This document shows, one piece after another, positions 23,551 to 34,851 of a stretch of 64,000 nt of DNA (position 1 is the first letter of the stretch; every line of letters begins with the position of its first letter). A model generated the notes under the pieces. It ran no database searches. It had not been told where the DNA came from and saw only the letters and a list, made by a program, of their open reading frames with translations. This stretch comes from Mobula hypostoma (Eukaryota), in the NCBI RefSeq assembly GCF_963921235.1, contig NC_086097.1:26910001-26974000 (forward strand). Direction: 5' to 3'. The translations under genes were made by a program, and so were the position numbers.

Positions 23551-26529
23551 ACTCCAGGTCACTTCTCCTCGCCCCATCCCATGCAGCACAGAAACAGGCC
23601 CTTCGGCCCAACTGGTTCCTGCTGGCCAAGGTAGCTGTAGTGTGCCGGCTGCTCCAGGAGCGTGTTGTCGGCGCTGTCTGTTTGCAAGCTTAAATCTCAT
23701 TTAATGCGTGCTTGTGTGACACAAAGCAGTCAGGAACGTAGCATTTGGGCTGACTTTTACAGGAAGAACTGTGAAGTGGTGGCATTTAGATGGGCACCTG
23801 GACGGGTGGGGGATGGAGGGATAGGGGAGGTGTGGGCATCCAGCTGGCACAGACATCACGTCTAGTTGTGCATGACACTGGTAAGGCCATGTTTGAATTA
23901 TTGCTTGATGGTATTGGTCCATGGCATAAAAAGGGTTGGGAACCCCTGGGGTAAAGGGATATCAGTTTATTATTGGTGAGTTATTGGATATTGGGGATAT
24001 CGAAGGCCCAGTGTCTGTGAGTCATAAGAACGTAAGAAACAGGAGCAGGAGTAGGCCATCCGGCCCATCGAGCCTGCCTTGCCATTCAATAAGATCATGG
24101 CTGATCTGTCCGTAAACTCAGCTCCATCTACCTGCCTTTTCCCCATAACCCTTAATTCCCTTACTATGTAAAAATCTATCTAACTGAGTCCACAGGAGGC
24201 CGAAGACAACGGCCTTTCCTGGGGTTTAGAGGACTGTGCATGTGTGTGGGTGGGTGGGTGTTAGGGGCTTGTCTTACTGTTGTTGCTTTTTCGCTTGCTA
24301 TGTTCCTGTTTTGTTGTTCTGCCGAGCATCGTGGGCATGCTCTCTACAGCGACACCATGGGCTGTCTCCAGCACATCCTTGGGTGTGTGGGTTGTTAACG
24401 CAAACAACACATTTCACTCTTTGTTTCGATGTACATGTGATAAATAAATCTGAATCTCTGTCAGACGTAGTGAAAAGTGACATCATCCAGACAGATTATT
24501 CCATACACAAGTACACTGGGGTAGTTGAAAAGAAAGCAATGCAGAATATAGTGTTGTAGTTACAGACAAAGTGCAGTGCAGGTGGACAGATAGCGTTCAA
24601 AGGCATGATGAGGTAGATAGGATCTCAAGAGTCCACAGGGTGGTGTGGCACGGTGCCCAGGCTGGAGTCGGTGCTGCCCCCTAATGTTCACTCGGCGGAA
24701 GACAAGCTGTATTGTGGTCGACTGCAGATTTCTGCGGCATTCATAGACCCAGGGTTGGGACTGTATATATTTTTTTTTGTGCTTGGCTGTATTTTACTGA
24801 TATTGTACATGTGATTGCTATCTTGTATGTGCCATATGTGCTTTGTGCTGTGTATGCCTGTTGGTTCTGTGGTTTGCACCTTGGCCCGGGAGTAACACTG
24901 TATCGTTTGGCTGTATTCATATATGACTGAATGACAATTAAACTTGAATTGAACTGGATCTTGACCAGAATGCATGAGAAGCCAAACGCAGGCAAACGGG
25001 GCTAACTCAGGTAGACATCTTGGTCGGCATGGATGAGTTAGGCCAAGAGAGCCTGTTTCTGTGTTGTAGCACTCCAGAGCACTTGAATCACCGAGGCATG
25101 GAAGGGTAGAGATCCAGGGCAGATAAATGAGATTAGTGTAGATGGGTACAGTGGCTGTAAAAGAGCTCAATATTGCCTTCAGCACTGTAGCCACCTTCGT
25201 TGGCATGGGCCAGTTGGGGCCATAGGGCCAGCTCTTTGTTGTATAATTCTAATCAGATAGGAATGTGGAGAGAAGTTGTGACAGAACAGTAACACAGCAG
25301 TCAGCGTAACGCTATGACAGCACTAGTGACTCAAGTCCGGTTCTGCCACTGCTCGTACATTCTCCCCATCACCACATCGGTTTCCAAAGACGTATGGGTT
25401 AGTAGGTTAATCGGCCATGTGGGCGTAATGGGGCCAGCAGGACCTGTTATCGTGCTGTATCTCTAAATAAATGTTTAAAAATAGACAATAAAATTGGAAT
25501 AGTGTGAGTGGGTTAGCATGGCCTTGGTGGGCAGAAGGGTCTGAATTCCTGCTCTATGATGACCTGGCTGCATCACTGCAGGGGAAGCCAACCCTCTCGC
25601 AGCTGTAGAACCATCCTTTACAATGTACTTCAGTCCAGCTGAGATTACATATGTAGCAAAATGCAAATCCACCATTACCGAGGAAGTTGTTCACTGCTGG
25701 ACACAACTTCCACTTTAGTATTTAACATTTTTAAATAGTGCTTTCATGTTGTGTCCGTTTCCGTGGAGGATCTGCCTACCTACCAGCTCTTTGCTCACAC
25801 GCACACTGCCATTTAACATAATCTCATCGTTCACCACATAGCATGTTTCTTTACAACGTAGAACAAAGCCATTTGGCCCATCAAGGCTGTGCTGAGCAAA
25901 CCCAGCTACTTTTCCCTGTAACTCCTCCCCAGTGTTTATTCCTCAACCAGCAACGATAGGGGTAAAACAAAATGTCTTGATTGACTTCAAAGAGTTGTAG
26001 AACACTACAGCATGGAATGAGGCCTTTCAGTCCATCTAGTCCATGCCAACCTGGTCATGTACCTAGTCCCATTGATCTGCACCCTGGACCACAGACCTCC
26101 ATTCATCTTCCATTCCCGAACTTACCTTAAATGTTGAAATCGAACCCACATGCACCACTTCTGCTGGCAGCTTGTTTCAAAGCTCTCACTACCCTCCACG
26201 TGAAAAAGCTCCCCCTCAGATTCACTTAACCATTTCACCTTTCACCCTTAACTCATAACCCCGAGTTCAAGTATCACCCAACCTCAGTGGAAAAAGCCTG
26301 CTTGCACTTACTCTATCTATACCACTTATAATTTTGTATACCTCTATCAAATCTCCCCTCATTCTCCTACCCTCCAGGGAATAAAGTTCTAATCTATTCA
26401 GCCTTTCCCTAAAACTCAGTTCCTGAAGTCTTGGCAACATCCTTGTAAATTTTCTCTACACTCTATCAACCTTTATTGACATATTTCCTGTAGGTAGGTG
26501 ACCAAAACTGCATATAATACTCCACCCTG

Positions 26530-27745
26530 TCACTTGTATGGACTACACCTCTTCACACCCTGTCACTTGTAAAAATGCCATCGCCTCCTCTCAAGTCTTC
26601 AGTCTCTGCCACATCTGCTCTGAGAGTGAGGCTTTTCATTCCAGAACTAAAGAAATATCCTCCTCCTTCAAAGAAAGGGGCTTTCCTTTCTCTACCTTCA
26701 ACATTGTCCTCTCCCACAACTCCTCCATTTCGCACACATCTTCACTCACCCCATCCTCCTGCCACTCCACCAGGGATAGGGTTCCTCTTGTCCTCACCTA
26801 CCACCCCACCAGCCTCCATGCCCAGCACATAATTCTCCGGAAGGTCTGCCACCTCCAACAGGATACCACCACCAAGCACATCTTTCCCTCACCCTCATTT
26901 TCTGCGTCCCGCAAAGGTCGCTTCCTCGCGACTCCCTTGTCCATTCGTCCCACCCCACTGATCTCTCTCCTGGCACTTATCCTTGCAAGCACAATAAGTG
27001 CTACACTGCCCCTGCACCTCCTCCCTCACTACCATTCAGGGCTCCAAACAGACACTTTACCTGTGAGTCTGTTGGGGCCATCTGCTGTATCCAGTGCTTC
27101 CTGGTGTGGGCTCCTGTGTAGTGGTGAGACCCGACGTAGATCGTGAGGCTGCTTTGCTGAGCATCTACACTCTGTCCAGCAGAAAAAAGCGGGATCTTCT
27201 GGTGGCCACTCACTTCAATTCTACTTCCCATTCCATTCCCACTCTACTGCTGTGATGAGGCCACACTCTGGTTGGAGGAGCAACACCTTATACTCCATCT
27301 GGGGAGCCTCCAACCTGATCGTATGAATATTGATTTCTGGAACTTCTGGTAATTGCCTCCCCCCCTTTCACCATTCCCCAACACCTTTCCCCTTTCCCTC
27401 TCTCACCTTATCTCCTTACCTGCCCATCACCTCCCTCTGGTGCTCCGCTCCCTTTGCTCCATGGTCTTCTACCCTCCCGTATCAGATTCCCCCTTCTCCA
27501 ACCCTTTTCCTCTTTCACCAATCAACTTCACCCCTCCCCCTCCCAGTTTTACCTATCACTTACCACCTTGTATTTCTTCCTCCCCTCCCCCCACCTTCTT
27601 ACTCCGTCTTTTCTCCAGTCCTGATGAGGAGTCTCGGCCCGAAAGTCAACTGTTTGGTTCTTCCGTTGATGCTGCCTGGGCTGCTGAGCTCCTCCGGCAT
27701 TTTGTATGTGTTGTTTGGATTTCCAGCATCCACAGATTTTCACTT
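26530..27745 (+). mobile_element. Penelope-like retroelement, 3' part (RT thumb, GIY-YIG, pLTR), degraded
   Basis: DYTSSHP..CKNAI..SQ..L..ICS...F...FKERGFP and RVPLVLTYHP are present, with a GIY-YIG remnant CGLLCSGETRRR and a terminal hammerhead-like motif. Confidence 0.85.
27616..27652 (+). ncRNA. Minimal type I hammerhead ribozyme motif in the Penelope terminal repeat (probably degenerate)
   Basis: CAGTC-CTGATGA-GGAGTCTCGGCCC-GAAA-GTC-AACTG contains both catalytic core boxes, and stem I pairs CAGT with ACTG. One C of the GAAACGTC seen in other copies is missing. Confidence 0.65.
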
Positions 27746-28236
27746 GTCACAATACTCCAAGTTGGGCCTCACCATCATCTTATACAACTTCAACATAACA
27801 TCCCAACTCCTGTACTCCGTACACTAATTTGTGAGGGCCAATGTGCCAAAAGCTCACCTTTTTGACTCTTCACACTGCTGCTTGTGGGATCTTGTCCCTC
27901 ATTTCCAACCTTCCAACAGCATCTAGACCTCAGGGGCTCCATTGGCTCCCAAGCCATTTGGGAGGTGGCAAAAGGAAGGTGGAGGCTCGAGAGAAAGGCA
28001 GGTCTTTGGTTCCAGAAGGATAAGGGATGAAACGCTATTGTGAAGTACAAATGGACTGACCCCATTTAGCCCCTTCACGGCTTGATCAATCATGCATTCT
28101 TGGTTTGAAGCACCCGTTGGCATAGCAACAGTGGACGGTGAGGGCCTTCTCTGGGCTGGTGGTGAGATGAGCTTCATCTGCTGAAGAGGCGGTGCTGTCT
28201 GATCTGTGAGAATGGGCAATTATAAACAGTTTGACC

Positions 28237-28272
28237 TCCTCTCTCTCTCTCTCTCTCTCTCCCTCTCCCTCT
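28237..28272. repeat. (CT)n microsatellite
   Basis: Direct reading. Confidence 0.95.
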
Positions 28273-28442
28273 GTGGTGATGTTCGTGTGGCACTGAGCTC
28301 TTTTAATGCAGGTTGACAGCTGTATCGGAGGTACGTTCTTCTCCGAGGCAGTGATGCTGTAGAGAGAACCACCCTCCTGTTGGCTCCTCCCTCCCCCTCA
28401 CTCCAAACTTCTACTCTTCCCTCCGCATCGTGTCATGTCACT

Positions 28443-28651
28443 CCTTCCCCAAACCCCCACCAACTCTTCCCCAAACCCCCCAACTCTTCCCCAAACCCCC
28501 ACCAACTCTTCCCCAAACCCCCACCAACTCTTCCCCAAACCCCCCACCAACTCTTCCCCAAACCCCCCACCAACTCTTCCCCAAACCCCCACCAACTCTT
28601 CCCCAAACCCCCCACCATCTCTTCCCCAAACCCCCCACCAACTCTTCCCCC
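28443..28651. repeat. Minisatellite, about 9 copies of a 22-25 bp unit CCAACTCTTCCCCAAACCCCC(C)A, followed by a pyrimidine-rich tract to about 29210
   Basis: Direct tandem repetition with variable C-run length. Confidence 0.95.
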
Positions 28652-29489
28652 TACTCACTCTTGTCCCCTTCCCATTACTCCTGCCCTTGTTTTTTTTTTC
28701 TGCCTCTTCCTCTCCCCAAACCCATTCTGCCACCTCTCCTCCCTCCCCTGCTCTTGCTGTACTCATCTGTCAGCCCAGAACCCATCAGACATGGCCCTCC
28801 CTGACACCCCTTCCCTCTCCCTCAGTTCTGCCCCTCCTGCTATCCTCCACTTTCACTCCCCTGCTCTTTTCCTGCCCCTCACTGCTCGCTAACCCTTCCC
28901 ATCACTCCCTTGTACTTCCTGCTCCCCATTAACCCTTCCCTGCCATACCTGTCACTCCTCCCCTTACCGTCTCTCCTTCCCCATCACGCCCTTCTCCTTC
29001 TCCCTCCATCGCTGCTGCCCCTACCCCTACCAGCCATCACTCTTGGCCATCCCCTTCACCGCATCAGTCCCATTCCCTCCCTCCCCATCTCTGCTATCCT
29101 CACCTCCCAACTATTCAATCCTTCCCCACGCCGTCTCTCCCCACCCCTCTTGCTCACACCTGCCCCCCCCCCCGTCTTTGTGCCAGTACCGCCCCCTCCT
29201 TCTTCCTGTATTGGTAATTCTCACTGGTGTAGGTCAAACCTCAGTGCAGGATGAGTTATCGAACTGATTCAAACAAAGAGCCATACGGCACCAGAACAGT
29301 CCTTCGGCCTATACTCTCTGAGCCGAATTAAGCATCCCATCTGCCTGCAAATGGTCCATGTCCCTCTGTCCCCTGCCAGTTCATGTGCTTTTCCAAATGA
29401 TCTGAAATGTTGCTTTTGAATCTGCTTCCATCAGCTGCCCCGGCAGCGCATGACCCCTCCCTGTGTAAAAGACTTGCCTTGCAAATCAG

Positions 29490-29720
29490 CGCGGCACAGT
29501 AACGTAGGAGTTTGCGTTACATTGTCAGTGACCCGGGTTCAGCTCCGACACCGTCAGTAAGGAGTTCATACGTTCTCCCCGTGACCACATCGGTTTCCTC
29601 CCACATTCCAAAGACATACAGGTTAGTAGGTTAATTGGTCACATGGACATAATTGGGTGGTGTGGACTTGTTGGGCCAGAAGGGTCTGTTACTGTACAGT
29701 ACCTCTAAATAAATACATAA
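29490..29720 (+). mobile_element. V-SINE with (TAAA)n-like tail
   Basis: Head gcggcacagtaacgtag...cccgggttca, V core, and tail 'ctctaaataaatac'. A sister copy lies at about 25290-25472. Confidence 0.75.
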
Positions 29721-30199
29721 AATCTCCTTTAAACATTCCCCCTCTCACCTTAAAGCTTTGACATTTCCACTCTGGGTAAAAGACTGACTGGCTATCCTGT
29801 CTCTGTCTCTTGTAACTTTATAAACTTTTACCAGATCTCCTGTCAGCCTCCACCGCTCCTGAGAAAGGTTTGTCCAGCCTCTCCTTTGTAGCTAATACTC
29901 AAATCCAGACAACATGCTGGTTGAATGCCCTCTGCACCCTTCCAAACACTTCACATCCTTCCTGTAATGTGTCGACCAGATCTGCTCTGCTCAGAATATT
30001 CCAAATGTGGCCTTTTGTACACCTGCAACGTGACTTGTACACAGCACCCTCACTGGTGAGAGCTAGCGTGCTGTCACTGCCTTCTCACGTTGGGGCAGGT
30101 TTCCACTGTACAAAGAGTCTGGTGTCAGAACGGTGAAGGGAAACGCTTCCCGAGATGGGATATAAACCTGTTTAGTTTAATGGTTTTGTTCAAAAAGAC

Positions 30200-31125
30200 T
30201 ATAACGTGTTTAGGAGCAGATTCAGGCCATCTGGCCCATCAAGTCTGTGCCCCAATTCAATCATGACTGGTTTATTTTCCATCTCAACCCCATTATCCTG
30301 CCTTCTTCAATCCGTAACCTTTGACACCCTTACTAATCAGGAAACTCATCGGCTTTAAATATACCCAATGACTTGGCCTCCACACCTATCTGTGGTGACG
30401 AATTTTGCAGGTTCACCACCTAAGCAAATGCCTCAAATCTCTGTTCTAAAAGGAGGTCTTTCTATTCTGAGGCTCCTAGACACTCCCACTATTGGGAACA
30501 TCCCGTCCATGTCCACTCTGTCTAGGCTTTTCAATAGGTTTCATGGAGATTCCACCCTCCCCCGTTCTTCTAATCCTCTTTTAAGTCCAGGCCCAAACCA
30601 TCAAATGCCCCTCATATATTAACCCTTTCATTCCCAGGATCGTTTTTGTGAATCTCTTCTGGACCCTCTCCAATGCCAGCACATCCTTTCTCAGATAAGG
30701 TGCTAATATGGAGTATGAATATTCCTGGATTGAAATGAGTTTCTCTGAATTCAGTGGTCAAGGGAGTTTATTGGATTTCTCTTACTTTAGCTTTTGAATG
30801 ATGTTGGTCTGTGGGAGAGCAGGTGGCATTCTGACCTCTTGTTTCACTCCACTTGTTGCTTTTGAAAGTAAAATCATTTCTTTGACACTGAGATGAGGAG
30901 GGATTTCTGCGGCCAGAGCCTAGTATATCTGTGCCACTTGGCAGACCTGCAGACCAGGTCATTGTGTGTGTTTAAAGCAGAGATCGATGGGTTCTTGATT
31001 GATGAAGGGGTTAAGGATTACAGGGAAAAGGCAGAAGAATGGGGTTGATAAACAGTCAGTCATGATAAATTGGTGGAGCAGATTTGATGGGTCGAAAGGC
31101 CTAATTCTGTTCCTATATCTTCTGG
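30200..31125. mobile_element. Two CR1 3' fragments (30200-30705 minus, 30880-31125 plus)
   Basis: Both resemble the CR1 3' region at 40170-40745. Confidence 0.75.
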
Positions 31126-31351
31126 ACCTGGTAGCAAGATTACACCGTGGTAGGATTCTGCAAGAACACTGCCGAGGGAGGTGGGGGAAGCAGATAGGAA
31201 TGTAACATTTAAGAGGCTTTTGGACAAACAGACAGTCAGGGACAGGGACTGACCACATGCTGGCAGGTGGGATAAGCTTGGATAGGCATCGTGGTCAGCA
31301 CAGACATTATGGGCTGAGTGGCCTGTCCCCGTGCTGCACTGTGGTGTTCCA

Positions 31352-31799
31352 GCATGATTATTGAGGGAGAAATACTGCATCTTGGCATGATTACTGAGGG
31401 AGTAATACTGCATCTCGGCATGATTACTGAGGGAGTAATACTGCATCTTGGCATGATTACTGAGGGAGTAATACTGCATGATTACTGAGGGAGAAATACT
31501 GCATCTTGGCATGATTACTGAGGGAGTAATACTGCATCTTGGCATGATTACTGAGGGAGTAATACTGCATCTCGGCATGATTACTGAGGGAGTAATACTG
31601 CATCTCAGCATGATTACTGAGGGAGGAAATACTGCATCTTGGCATGATTATTGAGGGAGTAATACTGCATCTCGGCATGATTACTGAGGGAGTAATACTG
31701 CATCTTGGCATGATTACTGAGGGAGAAATACTGCATCTTGGCATGATTACTGAGGGAGTAATACTGCATCTTGGCATGATCACTGAGGGAGAAATACTG
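31352..31799. repeat. 33-bp minisatellite, 14 units, GCATGATTACTGAGGGAG(T/A)AATACTGCATCT(T/C)G
   Basis: Units counted directly: one is 25 bp, one is 34 bp and the last is partial. There are no unique spacers. Confidence 0.97.
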
Positions 31800-31877
31800 T
31801 AGGTACAGGGCCAACCTGTTGTCTTAGAAACTCCAAAGCTTTCAGGAAAGGGAAGAAACAAATCGGAGACGCAAGTG

Positions 31878-32071
31878 GCTCTGCAGATGCTGGAGATGTT
31901 GAATAACACACACCAGACGCTGGAGGAACTCAGCAGGTCAGATAGCATGTGCAGGCGGAAATAACTAGCACTTCCTGGCCCTCCTTAGATGCTGCCTGAC
32001 TTGCTGAGTTCCTTCAGCGTTCTGTGTGTATCGCTCTGGATTTCCCACATCAGCAGAATCTCTTGTGTTTA
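31878..32071. mobile_element. Palindromic Penelope-terminal-repeat mini-element
   Basis: GCTGGAGGAACTCAGCAGGTCAG...CTGACTTGCTGAGTTCCTTCAGC. The arms correspond to the 3' end of the PLE at 27665-27745. Confidence 0.75.
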
Positions 32072-32311
32072 TGCTGAGGATCCTTTGTGTGCCTCTAAAG
32101 GCAGTTGAGATTCTCTATTGAAATGAACACAGAATGCTTCAACCCCTTCATCAGGGGCTCCCCAATGTTTCCTGTGAAGGACATTAGCTTTGACAGTGAG
32201 GCAGCCCCCCCAGTACTGCACAGATATCCATTGGATTGGGATTTCTCATTGTGGCAGTCCATGAATTTCACTCTTTTCTAACTATAATGTGCAGAAACAA
32301 CACATTCTTTC

Positions 32312-33050
32312 CAACAACACACACAAAATGCTGGACGAACTCGGCAGGTCAGGAGGGGAATAAACAGTCTACGTTTTGGGCTGAGACTCTTCATCAGGAC
32401 TGGAAAGGAAGGGGAAAGATGCCAGAATGAGAAAGTGGGAAGTGGAGGAGGAGTACAAGCTGGCAGGTGATGGGTGAAACCAGGTAAGGGAGAGGGTGGG
32501 TGGGTGGAGAAGGGGGGGGTTGGGAATGAAGTAAGAAACTGGGAGGTGATATATGGAAGTGGTAAAGGGCTGAAGAAGCAGGAATTTGATAGGAGAAGGT
32601 AGTGGACCATTGGACCAAGGAGGAGAGAACCAGAGGGAGATGATGGGCAGGTGAAGGTAAGAGATGGGAGGGGGAGAAATTACCAGAAGGTAGGGAAATC
32701 AATGTTCACGCTGTCAGATTGGAGGCTATCCAGACAAAATGAGGTGTTGCTCCTCCAACCTGAGAGTGGCCTCATTGTGGCCATAGAGGAGGCCATTGAA
32801 CAGCATGTGGGAATGGGAATGAGAAGTCAAATTGAAATTGAAATGGATGGCCACCAGGATATCCCTCTTTTTGTGGCAGAAGGAGAGGAGGTGCTTGATG
32901 AAGAGGTCCCCCAGTCTACATCAGGTCTCACCAATATAGAGGAGGCCACATCAGGAGCACTGGATGCAGTAGATCACCCCAACAGGCTAGCAGGTGAAGC
33001 ATTGCCTCACCTGGAAGGATTTTTTGGGGCTCTGAATGGTGGTGAGGGAT
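32312..33050 (-). mobile_element. Penelope-like element 3' fragment with hammerhead relic (32365-32402)
   Basis: Homologous to the reverse complement of 27020-27715. The minus strand reads CAGTC-CTGATGA-AGAGTCTCAGCCC-AAAACGTAGACTG. Confidence 0.8.
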
Positions 33051-33149
33051 GAGGAACCTTCTGAAGAACTCTGCAGTCCTTCAGAAGGGGAGGGTTACAC
33101 TAGGTACCCTAACTTTAAAAATTTCCTCAATGTACATTACAAGAAGTCT

Positions 33150-33612
33150 AGGAAATCCATGAGAATGAAAGTGTTAATGTACGAGGAGCGTTTTATAGTC
33201 CTAGGCCATTATTCCCTGGGATTTTGAAGAGGAGGGGGTATCTGATTGGAACCTATTGAATATTGAAAGGCCTAGATAGGGTGGACGTGGAGAGGATGTT
33301 TCCTATAGTGGGGGAGGCTAGAACCAGAGGGCACAGCCTCAGAAAACGTGGATCTCCCTTCAGAACAGAGATGAGGAGGAATCCCTTCAACCAGACGGTG
33401 GTGAATCTGTGGAATTCATTGCCAAAGACGGTTGTAGAGATCAAGTCTTTGGGTATATTTAAGGCAGAGGTTGATAGGTTCTTGATTAGTAAGAGTGTCA
33501 AAGGTTACAGAGAGAAGGCAGGAGAATGGGGTTGAGAGGGGTAACAAATCAGCCATGATGGAATGACAGAAGACTTGATGGGCTGAATCGCCTAATTCTG
33601 CTCCTATGTCTT
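33150..33612 (+). mobile_element. CR1 3' fragment
   Basis: Encodes KGLDRVDVERMFP...TRGHSL...VVNLWNSLP. Confidence 0.85.
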
Positions 33613-33997
33613 CCGGTCTTATTATCTGTTGCTGGGATCTTAGTGGTTTCTGATTTTCTCACTTCACAGTTGTGACTGCAATTTAAAAGCATGTCAGTGG
33701 CTGTAAATCTCTTTGAAATGAACTTCAAAGACGTCAACTAAAAGCAAGTCATTTTCTTTCTGAATGCTGCGATGTGCTTTGAGTGAAGAAGCTTCAGATC
33801 CAGTTGAAAATGCTCTGTGGTTGAGAGATGTTAAAATGAATGAGAGACTTGCCCCAGACAAATGCTGATCAATGAGGATGTTATTCTGCCTGCCTTCGTT
33901 ATAAAACATCCGAATACCCATTCATTGCTGAGTTCTGTGGTCCAGGAGCTATTCATTTAAATAGGAATTGACAGTCCTGTCAAAATTTGCTTTGTAC

Positions 33998-34851
33998 TGT
34001 TACGTACCCCGTAACTGGGTTGCCAAACCAGCAGAAATGGATCACTCAGTTGGAGTCTGGAGTACTAGAACTAAGAAAGTTTTATTAAAGAAACAAGCAA
34101 CACATTAATCGAAAGGATAATAAATGCAACAGTTCAGCGATGATAAACGCACATGTGCACAGAATTAAGATAACAGCATCAATCAAGCTCTATCGTTGTC
34201 TAGGGGTAAATGACCAATTTCAAAATGACTCAAAGTTCAGTCCAGTTTAGTAGTTCAGTTCGCAGTAATCGTTGCCATGGCGGTGGACAATGTGGGGGAA
34301 GAGAGAGATAGAATAGGAACAACTCATCATTCAGAACGGCTTCACTCACAGACCAGCAAGATGGCTCACAGACCAGCGAGATGGTTCACAAACAGCTTTT
34401 GGGCGGGTCCTTGGTGATGTCACCTGAGGTCACCGACTGTGACCCCTCCTCCAGATGCGGTCGATCCTCTGCAGTGAACCCGGCACCCAGGCAAGGGCGG
34501 ACACACACCGGGTTCCCGCTGATCGTACCTTTCCACCCACTCGTGAGAAGCGTACCGCTTCCAGGGTCTCGTTACCTCGGGTGGCGTGTGTGTCTGTCTT
34601 AGCGAACCTGTCCCTTTTTATCCCCCTGCTGGGGTATCGCCTGTCCATCACTTCAAACAGTTCAGGGCTCAAAGGGGGGGGCCGCTCCAGACAGCTCTTC
34701 CTCCTACATCCCTTCATTACACATCTCCAGACGCTGCTCCATTGTTCCTTATCTCTCCTTCCCCTGAGGGCAGGTGGCAGACCAACTGCTGATGCCACTG
34801 ATGCTAGCCCAGGCCAGCAAACATCTTAATTTTATGTGTATTCTCGTAACA
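33998..34851 (-). mobile_element. Solo LTR, 854 bp (Gypsy-type by its 4-bp TSD)
   Basis: Perfect inverted termini TGTTACG...CGTAACA and TSD GTAC at 33994-33997 and 34852-34855. The minus strand has TATA-like GATAAAAA (about 34620) upstream of AATAAA (34081-34086). Confidence 0.9.

Larger units (their letters stand above)
25995..27850 (-). mobile_element. CR1 3' fragment interrupted by a Penelope-like element
   Basis: 25995-26524 and 27745-27850 are colinear with CR1 19120-19745, and 'aatactcca' is repeated at both junctions. Confidence 0.8.

Noticed and set aside
28380..29267. Pro-rich and Gly-rich ORFs in six frames (also 44695-45372)
   Set aside because: They are translations of a minisatellite and low-complexity tracts, with no splice or homology support.
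31352..31799. CRISPR array (33-bp palindromic repeats) and the repetitive ORFs MPRCSITPSVI / MQYYSLSNHAK
   Set aside because: Units are head-to-tail with no unique spacers, there are no cas genes, and the context is a vertebrate intron. The ORFs are by-products of a unit length divisible by 3.
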